From the NCBI RefSeq assembly GCF_009914755.1, contig NC_060943.1: 64,000 nucleotides of DNA; one strand, written 5' to 3'. Below, piece by piece: positions 53,620-64,000 of this stretch. The notes under the pieces are model-generated. The model had not been told where the DNA came from. It did no database searches and saw only the letters and a program-made list of their open reading frames with translations. The DNA comes from the human T2T-CHM13v2.0 reference genome, Homo sapiens. The position numbers and the translations under genes were made by a program. Each line of letters starts with the position of its first letter. Position 1 is the stretch's first letter.

Positions 53620-54980
53620 AGTGGATATTCAGACCTCTTTGAAGCCTTCGTTGGAAACGGGATTTCTTCATATTATGCTAGACAGAAGAATTCTCAGTAA
53701 CTTCCTTGTGTTGTGTGTATTCAACTCACAGAGTTGAACGATCCTTTACACAGAGCAGACTTGAAACACTCTTTTTGTTGAATTTGCAAGTGGAGATTTC
53801 AGCCGCTTTGAGGTCAATGGTAGAATAGGAAATATCTTCCTATAGAAACTAGACAGAATGATTCTCAAAAACTCCTTTGTGATGTGTGCGTTCAACTCAC
53901 AGAGTTTAACCTTTCTTTTCATAGAGCAGTTAGGAGACACTCTGTTTGTAAAGTCTGCAAGTGGATATTCAGACCTCTTTGAGGCCTTCTTTGGAAACGG
54001 GTTTTCTTCATATTATGCTAGACAGAAGAATTCTCAGTAACTTCCTTGTGTTGTGTGTATTCAACTCACAGAGTTGAACGATCCTTTACAGAGAGCAGAC
54101 TTGAAACACTCTTTTTGTGGAATTTGCAAGTGGAGATTTCAGCCGCTTTGAGGTCAATGGTAGAAAAGGAAATATCTTCGTATAAAAACTAGACAGAATC
54201 ATTCTCAGAAACTCCTTTGTGATGTGTGCGTTCAACTCACAGAGTTTAACCTTTCTTTTCATAGAGCAGTTAGGAAACACTCTGTTTGTAAAGTCTGCAA
54301 GTGGATATTCAGACCTCTTTGAAGCCTTCGTTGGAAACGGGATTTCTTCATATTATGCTAGACAGAAGAATTCTCAGTAACTTCCTTGTGTTGTGTGTAT
54401 TCAACTCACAGAGTTGAACGATCCTTTACACAGAGCAGACTTGAAACACTCTTTTTGTGGAATTTGCAAGTGGAGATTTCAGCCGCTTTGAGGTCAATGG
54501 TAGAATAGGAAATATCTTCCTATAGAAACTAGACAGAATGATTCTCAGAAACTCCTTTGTGATGTGTGCGTTCAACTCACAGAGTTTAACCTTTCTTTTC
54601 ATAGAGCAGTTAGGAGACACTCTGTTTGTAAAGTCTGCAAGTGGATATTCAGACCTCTTTGAGGCCTTCTTTGGAAACGGGATTTCTTCATATTATGCTA
54701 GACAGAAGAATTCTCAGTAACTTCCTTGTGTTGTGTGTATTCAACTCACAGAGTTGAACGATCCTTTACAGAGAGCAGACTTGAAACACTCTTTTTGTGG
54801 AATTTGCAAGTGGAGATTTCAGCCGCTTTGAGGTCAATGGTAGAAAAGGAAATATCTTCGTATAAAAACTAGACAGAATCATTCTCAGAAACTCCTTTGT
54901 GATGTGTGCGTTCAACTCACAGAGTTTAACCTTTCTTTTCATAGAGCAGTTAGGAAACACTCTGTTTGTAAAGTCTGCAA
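53620..54980 (+). repeat. 680-bp (two-dimer) tandem duplication
   Basis: GAAGCC (53641/54321), GGAGACAC (~53933/54613), the TTCTTTGG box, GAGAGC (54091/54771) and GAATC (~54196/54876) all recur at offset 680. Confidence 0.85.
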
Positions 54981-55259
54981 GTGGATATTCAGACCTCCTT
55001 GAGGCCTTCGTTGGAAACGGGATTTCTTCATATTCTGCTAGACAGAAGAATTCTCAGTAACTTCCTTGTGTTGTGTGTATTCAACTCACAGAGTTGAACG
55101 ATCCTTTACACAGAGCAGACTTGAAACACTCTTTTTGTGGAATTTGCAAGTGGAGATTTCAGCCGCTTTTAGGTCAATGGTAGAATAGGAAATATCTTCC
55201 TATAGAAACTAGACAGAATAATTCTCAGAAACTCCTTTGTGATGTGTGCGTTCAACTCA

Positions 55260-58200
55260 CAGAGTTTAAGCTTTCTTTTCATAGAGCAGTTAGGAAACAC
55301 TCTGTTTGTAAAGTCTGCAAGTGGATCTTCAGACCTCTTTGAGGCTTTCGTTGGAAACGGGATTTCTTCATATTCTGCTATACAGAAGAATTCTCAGAAA
55401 CTTCCTTGTGTTGTGTGTTTTCAACTCACAGAGTTGAACGATGCTTTACACAGAGTAGACTTGAAACACTCTTTTTGTGGAATTTGCAAGTGGAGATTTC
55501 AGCCGCTTTGAGGTCAATGGTAGAAAAGGAAATATCTTCGTATAAAAACTAGACAGAATGATTCTCAGAAACTCCCTTGTGATGTGTGCGTTCAACTCAC
55601 AGAGTTTAAGCTTTCTTTTCATAGAGCAGTTAGGAAACACTCTGTTTGTAAAGTCTGCAAGTGGATATTCAGACCTCCTTGAGGCCTTCGTTGGAAACGG
55701 GATTTCATCATATTCTGCTAGACAGAAGAATTCTCAGTAACTTCCTTGTGTTGTGTGTATTCAACTCACAGAGTTGAACTATCCTTTACACAGAGCAGAC
55801 TTGAACCACACTTTTTGTGGAATTTGCAAGTGGAGATTTCAGCCGCTTTGAGGTCAATGGTAGAATAGGAATTATCTTCCTATAGAAACTAGACAGAATG
55901 ATTCTCAGAAAGTCCTTTGTGATGTGTACGTTCAACTCACAGAGTTTAACCTTTCTTTTCATAGAGCAGTTAGGAAACACTCTGTTTGTAAAGTCTGCAA
56001 GTGGATATTCAGACCTCTTTGAGGCCTTCGTTGGAAACGGGATTTCTTCATATTCTGCTAGACAGAAGAATTCTCAGTAACTTCCTTGTGTTGTGTGTAT
56101 TCAACTCACAGAGTTGAACGATCCTTTACACAGAGCAGACTTGAACCACTCTTTTTGTGGAATTTGCAAGTGGAGATTTCAGCCGCTTTGAGGTCAATGG
56201 TAGAATAGGAAATATCTTCCTATGGAAACTAGACAGAATGATTCTCAGAAACTCCTTTGTGATGTGTGCGTTCAACTCACAGAGTTTAACCTTTCTTTTC
56301 ATAGAGCAGTTAGGAAACACTCTGTTTGTAAAGTCTGCAAGTGGATATTCAGACCTCCTTGAGGCCTTCGTTGGAAACGGGATTTCTTCATATTATCCTA
56401 GACAGAAGAATTCTCAGTAACTTCCTTGTGTTGTGTGTATTCAACTCACAGAGTTGAACGATCCTTTACACAGAGCAGACTTGAAACACTCTTTTTGTGG
56501 AATTTGCAAGTGGAGATTTCAGCCGCTTTGAGGTCAATGGTAGAAAAGGAAATATCTTCGTATAAAAACTAGACAGAATGAGTCTCAGAAACTCCCTTGT
56601 GATGTGTGCGTTCAACTCACAGAGTTTAAGCTTTCTTTTCATAGAGCAGTTAGGAAACACTCTGTTTGTAAAGTCTGCAAGTGGATATTCAGACCTCCTT
56701 GAGGCCTTCGTTGGAAACGGGATTTCATCATATTCTGCTAGACAGAAGAATTCTCAGTAACTTCCTTGTGTTGTGTGTATTCAACTCACAGAGTTGAACT
56801 ATCCTTTACACAGAGCAGACTTGAACCACACTTTTTGTGGAATTTGCAAGTGGAGATTTCAGCCGCTTTGAGGTCAATGGTAGAATAGGAAATATCTTCC
56901 TATAGAAACTAGACAGAATGATTCTCAGAAACTTCTTTGTGATGTGTGCGCTCAACTCACAGAGTTTAACCTTTCTTTTCATAGAGCAGTTAGGAAACAC
57001 TCTGTTTGTAAAGTCTGCAAGTGGATATTCAGACCTCTTTGAAGCCTTCGTAGGAAACGGGATTTCTTCATATTATGCTAGACAGAAGAATTCTCAGTAA
57101 CTTCCTTGTGTTGTGTGTATTCAACTCACAGAGTTGAACGATCCTTTAAACAGAGCAGACTTGAAACACTCTTTTTCTGGAATTTGCAAGTGGAGATTTC
57201 AGCCGCTTTGAGGTCAATGTTAGAATAGGAAATATCTTCCTATAGAAACTAGACAGAATGATTCTCAAAAACTCCTTTGTGATGTGTGCGTTCAACTCAC
57301 AGAGTTTAAGCTTTCTTTTCATAGAGCAGTTAGGAAACACTCTGTTTGTAAAGTCTGCAAGTGGATATTCAGACCTCCCTGAGGCCTTCTTTGGAAACGG
57401 GATTTCTTCATATTATGCTAGACAGAAGAATTCTCAGTAACTTCCTTGTGTTGTGTGTATTCAACTCACAGAGTTGAACGATCCATTACACAGAGCAGAC
57501 TTGAAACACTCTTTTTGTGGAATTTGCAAGTGGAGATTTCAGCCGCTTTGAGGTCAATGTTAGAATAGGAAATATCTTCCTATAGAAACTAGACAGAATG
57601 ATTCTCAGAAACTCCTTTGTGATGTGTGCGTTCAACTCACAGAGTTCAACCTTTCTTTTCATACAGCAGTTAGGAAACACTCTGTTTGTAAAGTCTGCAA
57701 GTGGATCTTCAGACCTCTTTGAGGCCTTCGTTGGAAACGGGTTTTCTTCATATTATGCTAGACAGAAGAATTCTCAGTAACTTCCTTGTGTTGTGTGTAT
57801 TCAACTCACAGAGTTGAACGATCCTTTACACAGAGCAGACTTGAAACACTCTTTTTGTGGAATTTGCAAGTGGAGATTTCAGTCGTTTTGAGGTCAATGG
57901 TAGAATAGGAAATATCTTCGTATAAAAACTAGACAGAATGATTCTGAGAAACTCCTTTGTGATGTGTGCGTTCAACTCACAAAGTTTAACCTTTTTTTTC
58001 ATAGAGCAGTTAGGAAACACTCTGTTTGTAAAGTCTGCAAGTGGATATGCAGACCTCTTTGAGGCCTTCGTTGGAAATGGGATTTCTTCATATTATGCTA
58101 GACAGAAGAATTCTCAGTAACTTCCTTGTGTTGTGTGTATTCAACTCACAGAGTTGAACGAGCCTTTACACAGAGCAGACTTGAAACACTCTTTTTGTGG

Positions 58201-61200
58201 AATTTGCAAGTGGAGATTTCAGCCGCTTTGAGGTCAATGGTAGAAAAGGAAATATCTTCGTATAAAAACTAGACAGAATGAGTCTCAGAAACTCCCTTGT
58301 GATGTGTGCGTTCAACTCACAGAGTTTAAGCTTTCTTTTCATAGAGCAGTTAGGAAACACTCTGTTTGTAAAGTCTGCAAGTGGATATTCAGACCTCCTT
58401 GAGGCCTTCGTTGGAAACGGGATTTCATCATATTCTGCTAGACAGAAGAATTCTCAGTAACTTCCTTGTGTTGTGTGTATTCAACTCACAGAGTTGAACT
58501 ATCCTTTACACAGAGCAGACTTGAACCACACTTTTTGTGGAATTTGCAAGTGGAGATTTCAGCCGCTTTGAGGTCATTGGTAGAATAGGAATTATCTTCC
58601 TATAGAAACTAGACAGAATGATTCTCAGAAAGTCCTTTGTGATGTGTACGTTCAACTCACAGAGTTTAACCTTTCTTTTCATAGAGCAGTTAGGAAACAC
58701 TCTGTTTGTAAAGTCTGCAAGTGGATATTCAGACCTCTTTGAGGCCTTCGTTGGAAACGGGATTTCTTCATATTCTGCTAGACAGAAGAATTCTCAGTAA
58801 CTTCCTTGTGTTGTGTGTATTCAACTCACAGAGTTGAACGATCCTTTACACAGAGCAGACTTGAACCACTCTTTTTGTGGAATTTGCAAGTGGAGATTTC
58901 AGCCGCTTTGAGGTCAATGGTAGAATAGGAAATATCTTCCTATAGAAACTAGACAGAATGATTCTCAGAAACTTCTTTGTGATGTGTGCGCTCAACTCAC
59001 AGAGTTTAACCTTTCTTTTCATAGAGCAGTTAGGAAACACTCTGTTTGTAAAGTCTGCAAGTGGATATTCAGACCTCTTTGAAGCCTTCGTAGGAAACGG
59101 GATTTCTTCATATTATGCTAGACAGAAGAATTCTCAGTAACTTCCTTGTGTTGTGTGTATTCAACTCACAGAGTTGAACGATCCTTTAAACAGAGCAGAC
59201 TTGAAACACTCTTTTTCTGGAATTTGCAAGTGGAGATTTCAGCCGCTTTGAGGTCAATGTTAGAATAGGAAATATCTTCCTATAGAAACTAGACAGAATG
59301 ATTCTCAAAAACTCCTTTGTGATGTGTGCGTTCAACTCACAGAGTTTAAGCTTTCTTTTCATAGAGCAGTTAGGAAACACTCTGTTTGTAAAGTCTGCAA
59401 GTGGATATTCAGACCTCCCTGAGGCCTTCTTTGGAAACGGGATTTCTTCATATTATGCTAGACAGAAGAATTCTCAGTAACTTCCTTGTGTTGTGTGTAT
59501 TCAACTCACAGAGTTGAACGATCCATTACACAGAGCAGACTTGAAACACTCTTTTTGTGGAATTTGCAAGTGGAGATTTCAGCCGCTTTGAGGTCAATGG
59601 TAGAATAGGAAATATCTTCGTATAAAAACTAGACAGAATGATTCTGAGAAACTCCTTTGTGATGTGTGCGTTCAACTCACAAAGTTTAACCTTTTTTTTC
59701 ATAGAGCAGTTAGGAAACACTCTGTTTGTAAAGTCTGCAAGTGGATATGCAGACCTCTTTGAGGCCTTCGTTGGAAATGGGATTTCTTCATATTATGCTA
59801 GACAGAAGAATTCTCAGTAACTTCCTTGTGTTGTGTGTATTCAACTCACAGAGTTGAACTATCCTTTACACAGAGCAGACTTGAACCACACTTTTTGTGG
59901 AATTTGCAAGTGGAGATTTCAGCCGCTTTGAGGTCAATGGTAGAATAGGAATTATCTTCCTATAGAAACTAGACAGAATGATTCTCAGAAAGTCCTTTGT
60001 GATGTGTACGTTCAACTCACAGAGTTTAACCTTTCTTTTCATAGAGCAGTTAGGAAACACTCTGTTTGTAAAGTCTGCAAGTGGATATTCAGACCTCTTT
60101 GAGGCCTTCGTTGGAAACGGGATTTCTTCATATTCTGCTAGACAGAAGAATTCTCAGTAACTTCCTTGTGTTGTGTGTATTCAACTCACAGAGTTGAACG
60201 ATCCTTTACACAGAGCAGACTTGAACCACTCTTTTTGTGGAATTTGCAAGTGGAGATTTCAGCCGCTTTGAGGTCAATGGTAGAATAGGAAATATCTTCC
60301 TATGGAAACTAGACAGAATGATTCTCAGAAACTCCTTTGTGATGTGTGCGTTCAACTCACAGAGTTTAACCTTTCTTTTCATAGAGCAGTTAGGAAACAC
60401 TCTGTTTGTAAAGTCTGCAAGTGGATATTCAGACCTCCTTGAGGCCTTCGTTGGAAACGGGATTTCTTCATATTATCCTAGACAGAAGAATTCTCAGTAA
60501 CTTCCTTGTGTTGTGTGTATTCAACTCACAGAGTTGAACGAGCCTTTACACAGAGCAGACTTGAAACACTCTTTTTGTGGAATTTGCAAGTGGAGATTTC
60601 AGCCGCTTTGAGGTCAATGGTAGAAAAGGAAATATCTTCGTATAAAAACTAGACAGAATGAGTCTCAGAAACTCCCTTGTGATGTGTGCGTTCAACTCAC
60701 AGAGTTTAAGCTTTCTTTTCATAGAGCAGTTAGGAAACACTCTGTTTGTAAAGTCTGCAAGTGGATATTCAGACCTCCTTGAGGCCTTCGTTGGAAACGG
60801 GATTTCATCATATTCTGCTAGACAGAAGAATTCTCAGTAACTTCCTTGTGTTGTGTGTATTCAACTCACAGAGTTGAACTATCCTTTACACAGAGCAGAC
60901 TTGAACCACACTTTTTGTGGAATTTGCAAGTGGAGATTTCAGCCGCTTTGAGGTCATTGGTAGAATAGGAATTATCTTCCTATAGAAACTAGACAGAATG
61001 ATTCTCAGAAAGTCCTTTGTGATGTGTACGTTCAACTCACAGAGTTTAACCTTTCTTTTCATAGAGCAGTTAGGAAACACTCTGTTTGTAAAGTCTGCAA
61101 GTGGATATTCAGACCTCTTTGAGGCCTTCGTTGGAAACGGGATTTCTTCATATTCTGCTAGACAGAAGAATTCTCAGTAACTTCCTTGTGTTGTGTGTAT

Positions 61201-63460
61201 TCAACTCACAGAGTTGAACGATCCTTTACACAGAGCAGACTTGAACCACTCTTTTTGTGGAATTTGCAAGTGGAGATTTCAGCCGCTTTGAGGTCAATGG
61301 TAGAATAGGAAATATCTTCCTATAGAAACTAGACAGAATGATTCTCAGAAACTTCTTTGTGATGTGTGCGCTCAACTCACAGAGTTTAACCTTTCTTTTC
61401 ATAGAGCAGTTAGGAAACACTCTGTTTGTAAAGTCTGCAAGTGGATATTCAGACCTCTTTGAAGCCTTCGTAGGAAACGGGATTTCTTCATATTATGCTA
61501 GACAGAAGAATTCTCAGTAACTTCCTTGTGTTGTGTGTATTCAACTCACAGAGTTGAACGATCCTTTAAACAGAGCAGACTTGAAACACTCTTTTTCTGG
61601 AATTTGCAAGTGGAGATTTCAGCCGCTTTGAGGTCAATGTTAGAATAGGAAATATCTTCCTATAGAAACTAGACAGAATGATTCTCAAAAACTCCTTTGT
61701 GATGTGTGCGTTCAACTCACAGAGTTTAAGCTTTCTTTTCATAGAGCAGTTAGGAAACACTCTGTTTGTAAAGTCTGCAAGTGGATATTCAGACCTCCCT
61801 GAGGCCTTCTTTGGAAACGGGATTTCTTCATATTATGCTAGACAGAAGAATTCTCAGTAACTTCCTTGTGTTGTGTGTATTCAACTCACAGAGTTGAACG
61901 ATCCATTACACAGAGCAGACTTGAAACACTCTTTTTGTGGAATTTGCAAGTGGAGATTTCAGCCGCTTTGAGGTCAATGGTAGAATAGGAAATATCTTCC
62001 TATAGAAACTAGACAGAATGATTCTCAGAAACTCCTTTGTGATGTGTGCGTTCAACTCACAGAGTTCAACCTTTCTTTTCATAGAGCAGTTAGGAAACAC
62101 TCTGTTTGTAAAGTCTGCAAGTGGATCTTCAGACCTCTTTGAGGCCTTCGTTGGAAACGGGTTTTCTTCATATTATGCTAGACAGAAGAATTCTCAGTAA
62201 CTTCCTTGTGTTGTGTGTATTCAACTCACAGAGTTGAACGATCCTTTACACAGAGCAGACTTGAAACACTCTTTTTGTGGAATTTGCAAGTGGAGATTTC
62301 AGTCGTTTTGAGGTCAATGGTAGAATAGGAAATATCTTCGTATAAAAACTAGACAGAATGATTCTGAGAAACTCCTTTGTGATGTGTGCGTTCAACTCAC
62401 AGAGTTTAACCTTTTTTTTCATAGAGCAGTTAGGAAACACTCTGTTTGTAAAGTCTGCAAGTGGATATGCAGACCTCTTTGAGGCCTTCGTTGGAAATGG
62501 GATTTCTTCATATTATGCTAGACAGAAGAATTCTCAGTAACTTCCTTGTGTTGTGTGTATTCAACTCACAGAGTTGAACTATCCTTTACACAGAGCAGAC
62601 TTGAACCACACTTTTTGTGGAATTTGCAAGTGGAGATTTCAGCCGCTTTGAGGTCAATGGTAGAATAGGAATTATCTTCCTATAGAAACTAGACAGAATG
62701 ATTCTCAGAAAGTCCTTTGTGATGTGTACGTTCAACTCACAGAGTTTAACCTTTCTTTTCATAGAGCAGTTAGGAAACACTCTGTTTGTAAAGTCTGCAA
62801 GTGGATATTCAGACCTCTTTGAGGCCTTCGTTGGAAACGGGATTTCTTCATATTCTGCTAGACAGAAGAATTCTCAGTAACTTCCTTGTGTTGTGTGTAT
62901 TCAACTCACAGAGTTGAACGATCCTTTACACAGAGCAGACTTGAACCACTCTTTTTGTGGAATTTGCAAGTGGAGATTTCAGCCGCTTTGAGGTCAATGG
63001 TAGAATAGGAAATATCTTCCTATAGAAACTAGACAGAATGATTCTCAGAAACTCCTTTGTGATGTGTGCGTTCAACTCACAGAGTTCAACCTTTCTTTTC
63101 ATAGAGCAGTTTGGAAACACTCTGTTTGTAAAGTCTGCAAGTGGATCTTCAGACCTCTTTGAGGCCTTCGTTGGAAACGGGTTTTCTTCATATTATGCTA
63201 GACAGAAGAATTCTCAGTAACTTCCTTGTGTTGTGTGTATTCAACTCACAGAGTTGAACGATCCTTTACACAGAGCAGACTTGAAACACTCTTTTTGTGG
63301 AATTTGCAAGTGGATATTTCAGTCGTTTTGAGGTCAATGGTAGAATAGGAAATATCTTCGTATAAAAACTAGACAGAATGATTCTGAGAAACTCCTTTGT
63401 GATGTGTGCGTTCAACTCACAGAGTTTAACCTTTCTTTTCATAGAGCAGTTAGGAAACAC
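55260..63460 (+). repeat. Local sub-array of about seven recurring dimer variants, marked by derived HindIII sites
   Basis: AAGCTT at 55268, 55608, 56628, 57308, 58328, 59348, 60708 and 61728. Other domain markers are TTGAACCAC, GAAAGTCC, GTGTACG and GATATGC. Runs match at offsets 2380 and 4080. Confidence 0.85.
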
Positions 63461-64000
63461 TCTGTTTGAAAAGTCTGCAAGTGGATATTCAGACCTCTTT
63501 GATGCCTTCGTTGGAAACGGGATTTCTTCATATTATGCTAGACACAAGAATTCTCAGTAACTTCCTTGTGTTGTGTGTATTCAACTCACAGAGTTGAACG
63601 ATCTCTTACACAGAGCAGAGTTGAAACACTCTTTTTCTGGAATTTGCAAGTGGAGATTTCAGCCGCTTTGAGGTCAATGGTAGAATAGGAAATATCTTCC
63701 TATAGAAACTAGACAGAATGATTCTCAGAAACTCCTTCGTGATGTGTGCGTTCAACTCACAGAGTTTAACCTTTCTTTTCATAGAGCAGTTAGGAAACAC
63801 TCTGTTTGTAAAGTCTGAAAGTGGATATTCAGACCTCTTTGAGGCCTTCGTTGGAAACGGGTTTTCTTCATATTATGCTAGACAGAAGAATTCTCAGTAA
63901 ATTCCTTGTGTTGTGTGTATTCAACTCACAGAGTTGAACGATCCTTTACACAGAGCAGACTTGAAACACTCTTTTTGTGGAATTTGCAAGTGGAGATTTC

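Larger units (their letters stand above)
1..64000 (+). repeat. Alpha-satellite higher-order repeat array, SF1 (J1/J2) 340-bp dimer, D1Z7/D5Z2/D19Z3-like; about 188 dimers, single orientation, runs off both window ends
   Basis: Strict 340-bp periodicity (ORF track starts at 31, 371, 711, 1051...). Two alternating related monomers: box positions at 100, 271 and 440 give 171+169 bp. Alphoid hallmarks include ATTCTCAGAAACT, TTCAACTCACAGAGTT, GAAACACTCT, TGCAAGTGGA, a CENP-B box in alternate monomers, and GAATTC once per dimer (e.g. 653-658). The subfamily call is from recall, not from a search. Confidence 0.97.

Noticed and set aside
31-63900. Hundreds of 60-124 aa ORFs on both strands (MFPNCSMKRK..., MILRNSFVMC...)
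   Set aside because: They are translations of the satellite unit recurring every 340 bp. Starts, stops and frameshifts vary at random with SNVs, there is no recognisable domain, and alphoid DNA is non-coding. They were useful only as variant barcodes.
1-64000. CRISPR-like or other repeat-spacer or diversity-generating array
   Set aside because: There are no unique spacers; the entire unit repeats. No cas, reverse transcriptase or recombinase genes are present.
1-64000. Embedded L1/Alu insertion, inversion or non-alphoid island
   Set aside because: The 340-bp phase and orientation are kept from end to end apart from five 1-bp slips, leaving no room for foreign sequence.
1-64000. Assignment to a specific chromosome or to the kinetochore (CDR) site
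   Set aside because: Chromosomes 1, 5 and 19 share this repeat, and the CDR is defined epigenetically. Neither can be read from the sequence without alignment and methylation data.

Overview
The whole 64-kb window is one uninterrupted head-to-tail array of primate (almost certainly human) centromeric alpha satellite. The unit is a 340-bp dimer (171+169 bp, about 188 copies) with a CENP-B box in every second monomer and usually one EcoRI site per dimer. This is suprachromosomal family 1 (J1/J2 type) and is most consistent with the D1Z7/D5Z2/D19Z3 array shared by chromosomes 1, 5 and 19; the chromosome cannot be assigned by eye. I see no genes, RNA genes, transposon insertions, inversions or CRISPR arrays, and all listed ORFs are by-products of the repeat. 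The informative structure is in the shared variants: a 4,759-bp (14-dimer) tandem duplication, a 5,780-bp-offset duplication, a cassette copied four times with whole-dimer deletions, local variant domains (including a HindIII-marked domain of about seven shuffled dimer types), only five 1-bp indels, and uneven CENP-B box integrity. I found no evidence for a new protein-coding or RNA system. All comparisons and counts were made by eye from the sequence and the ORF track.
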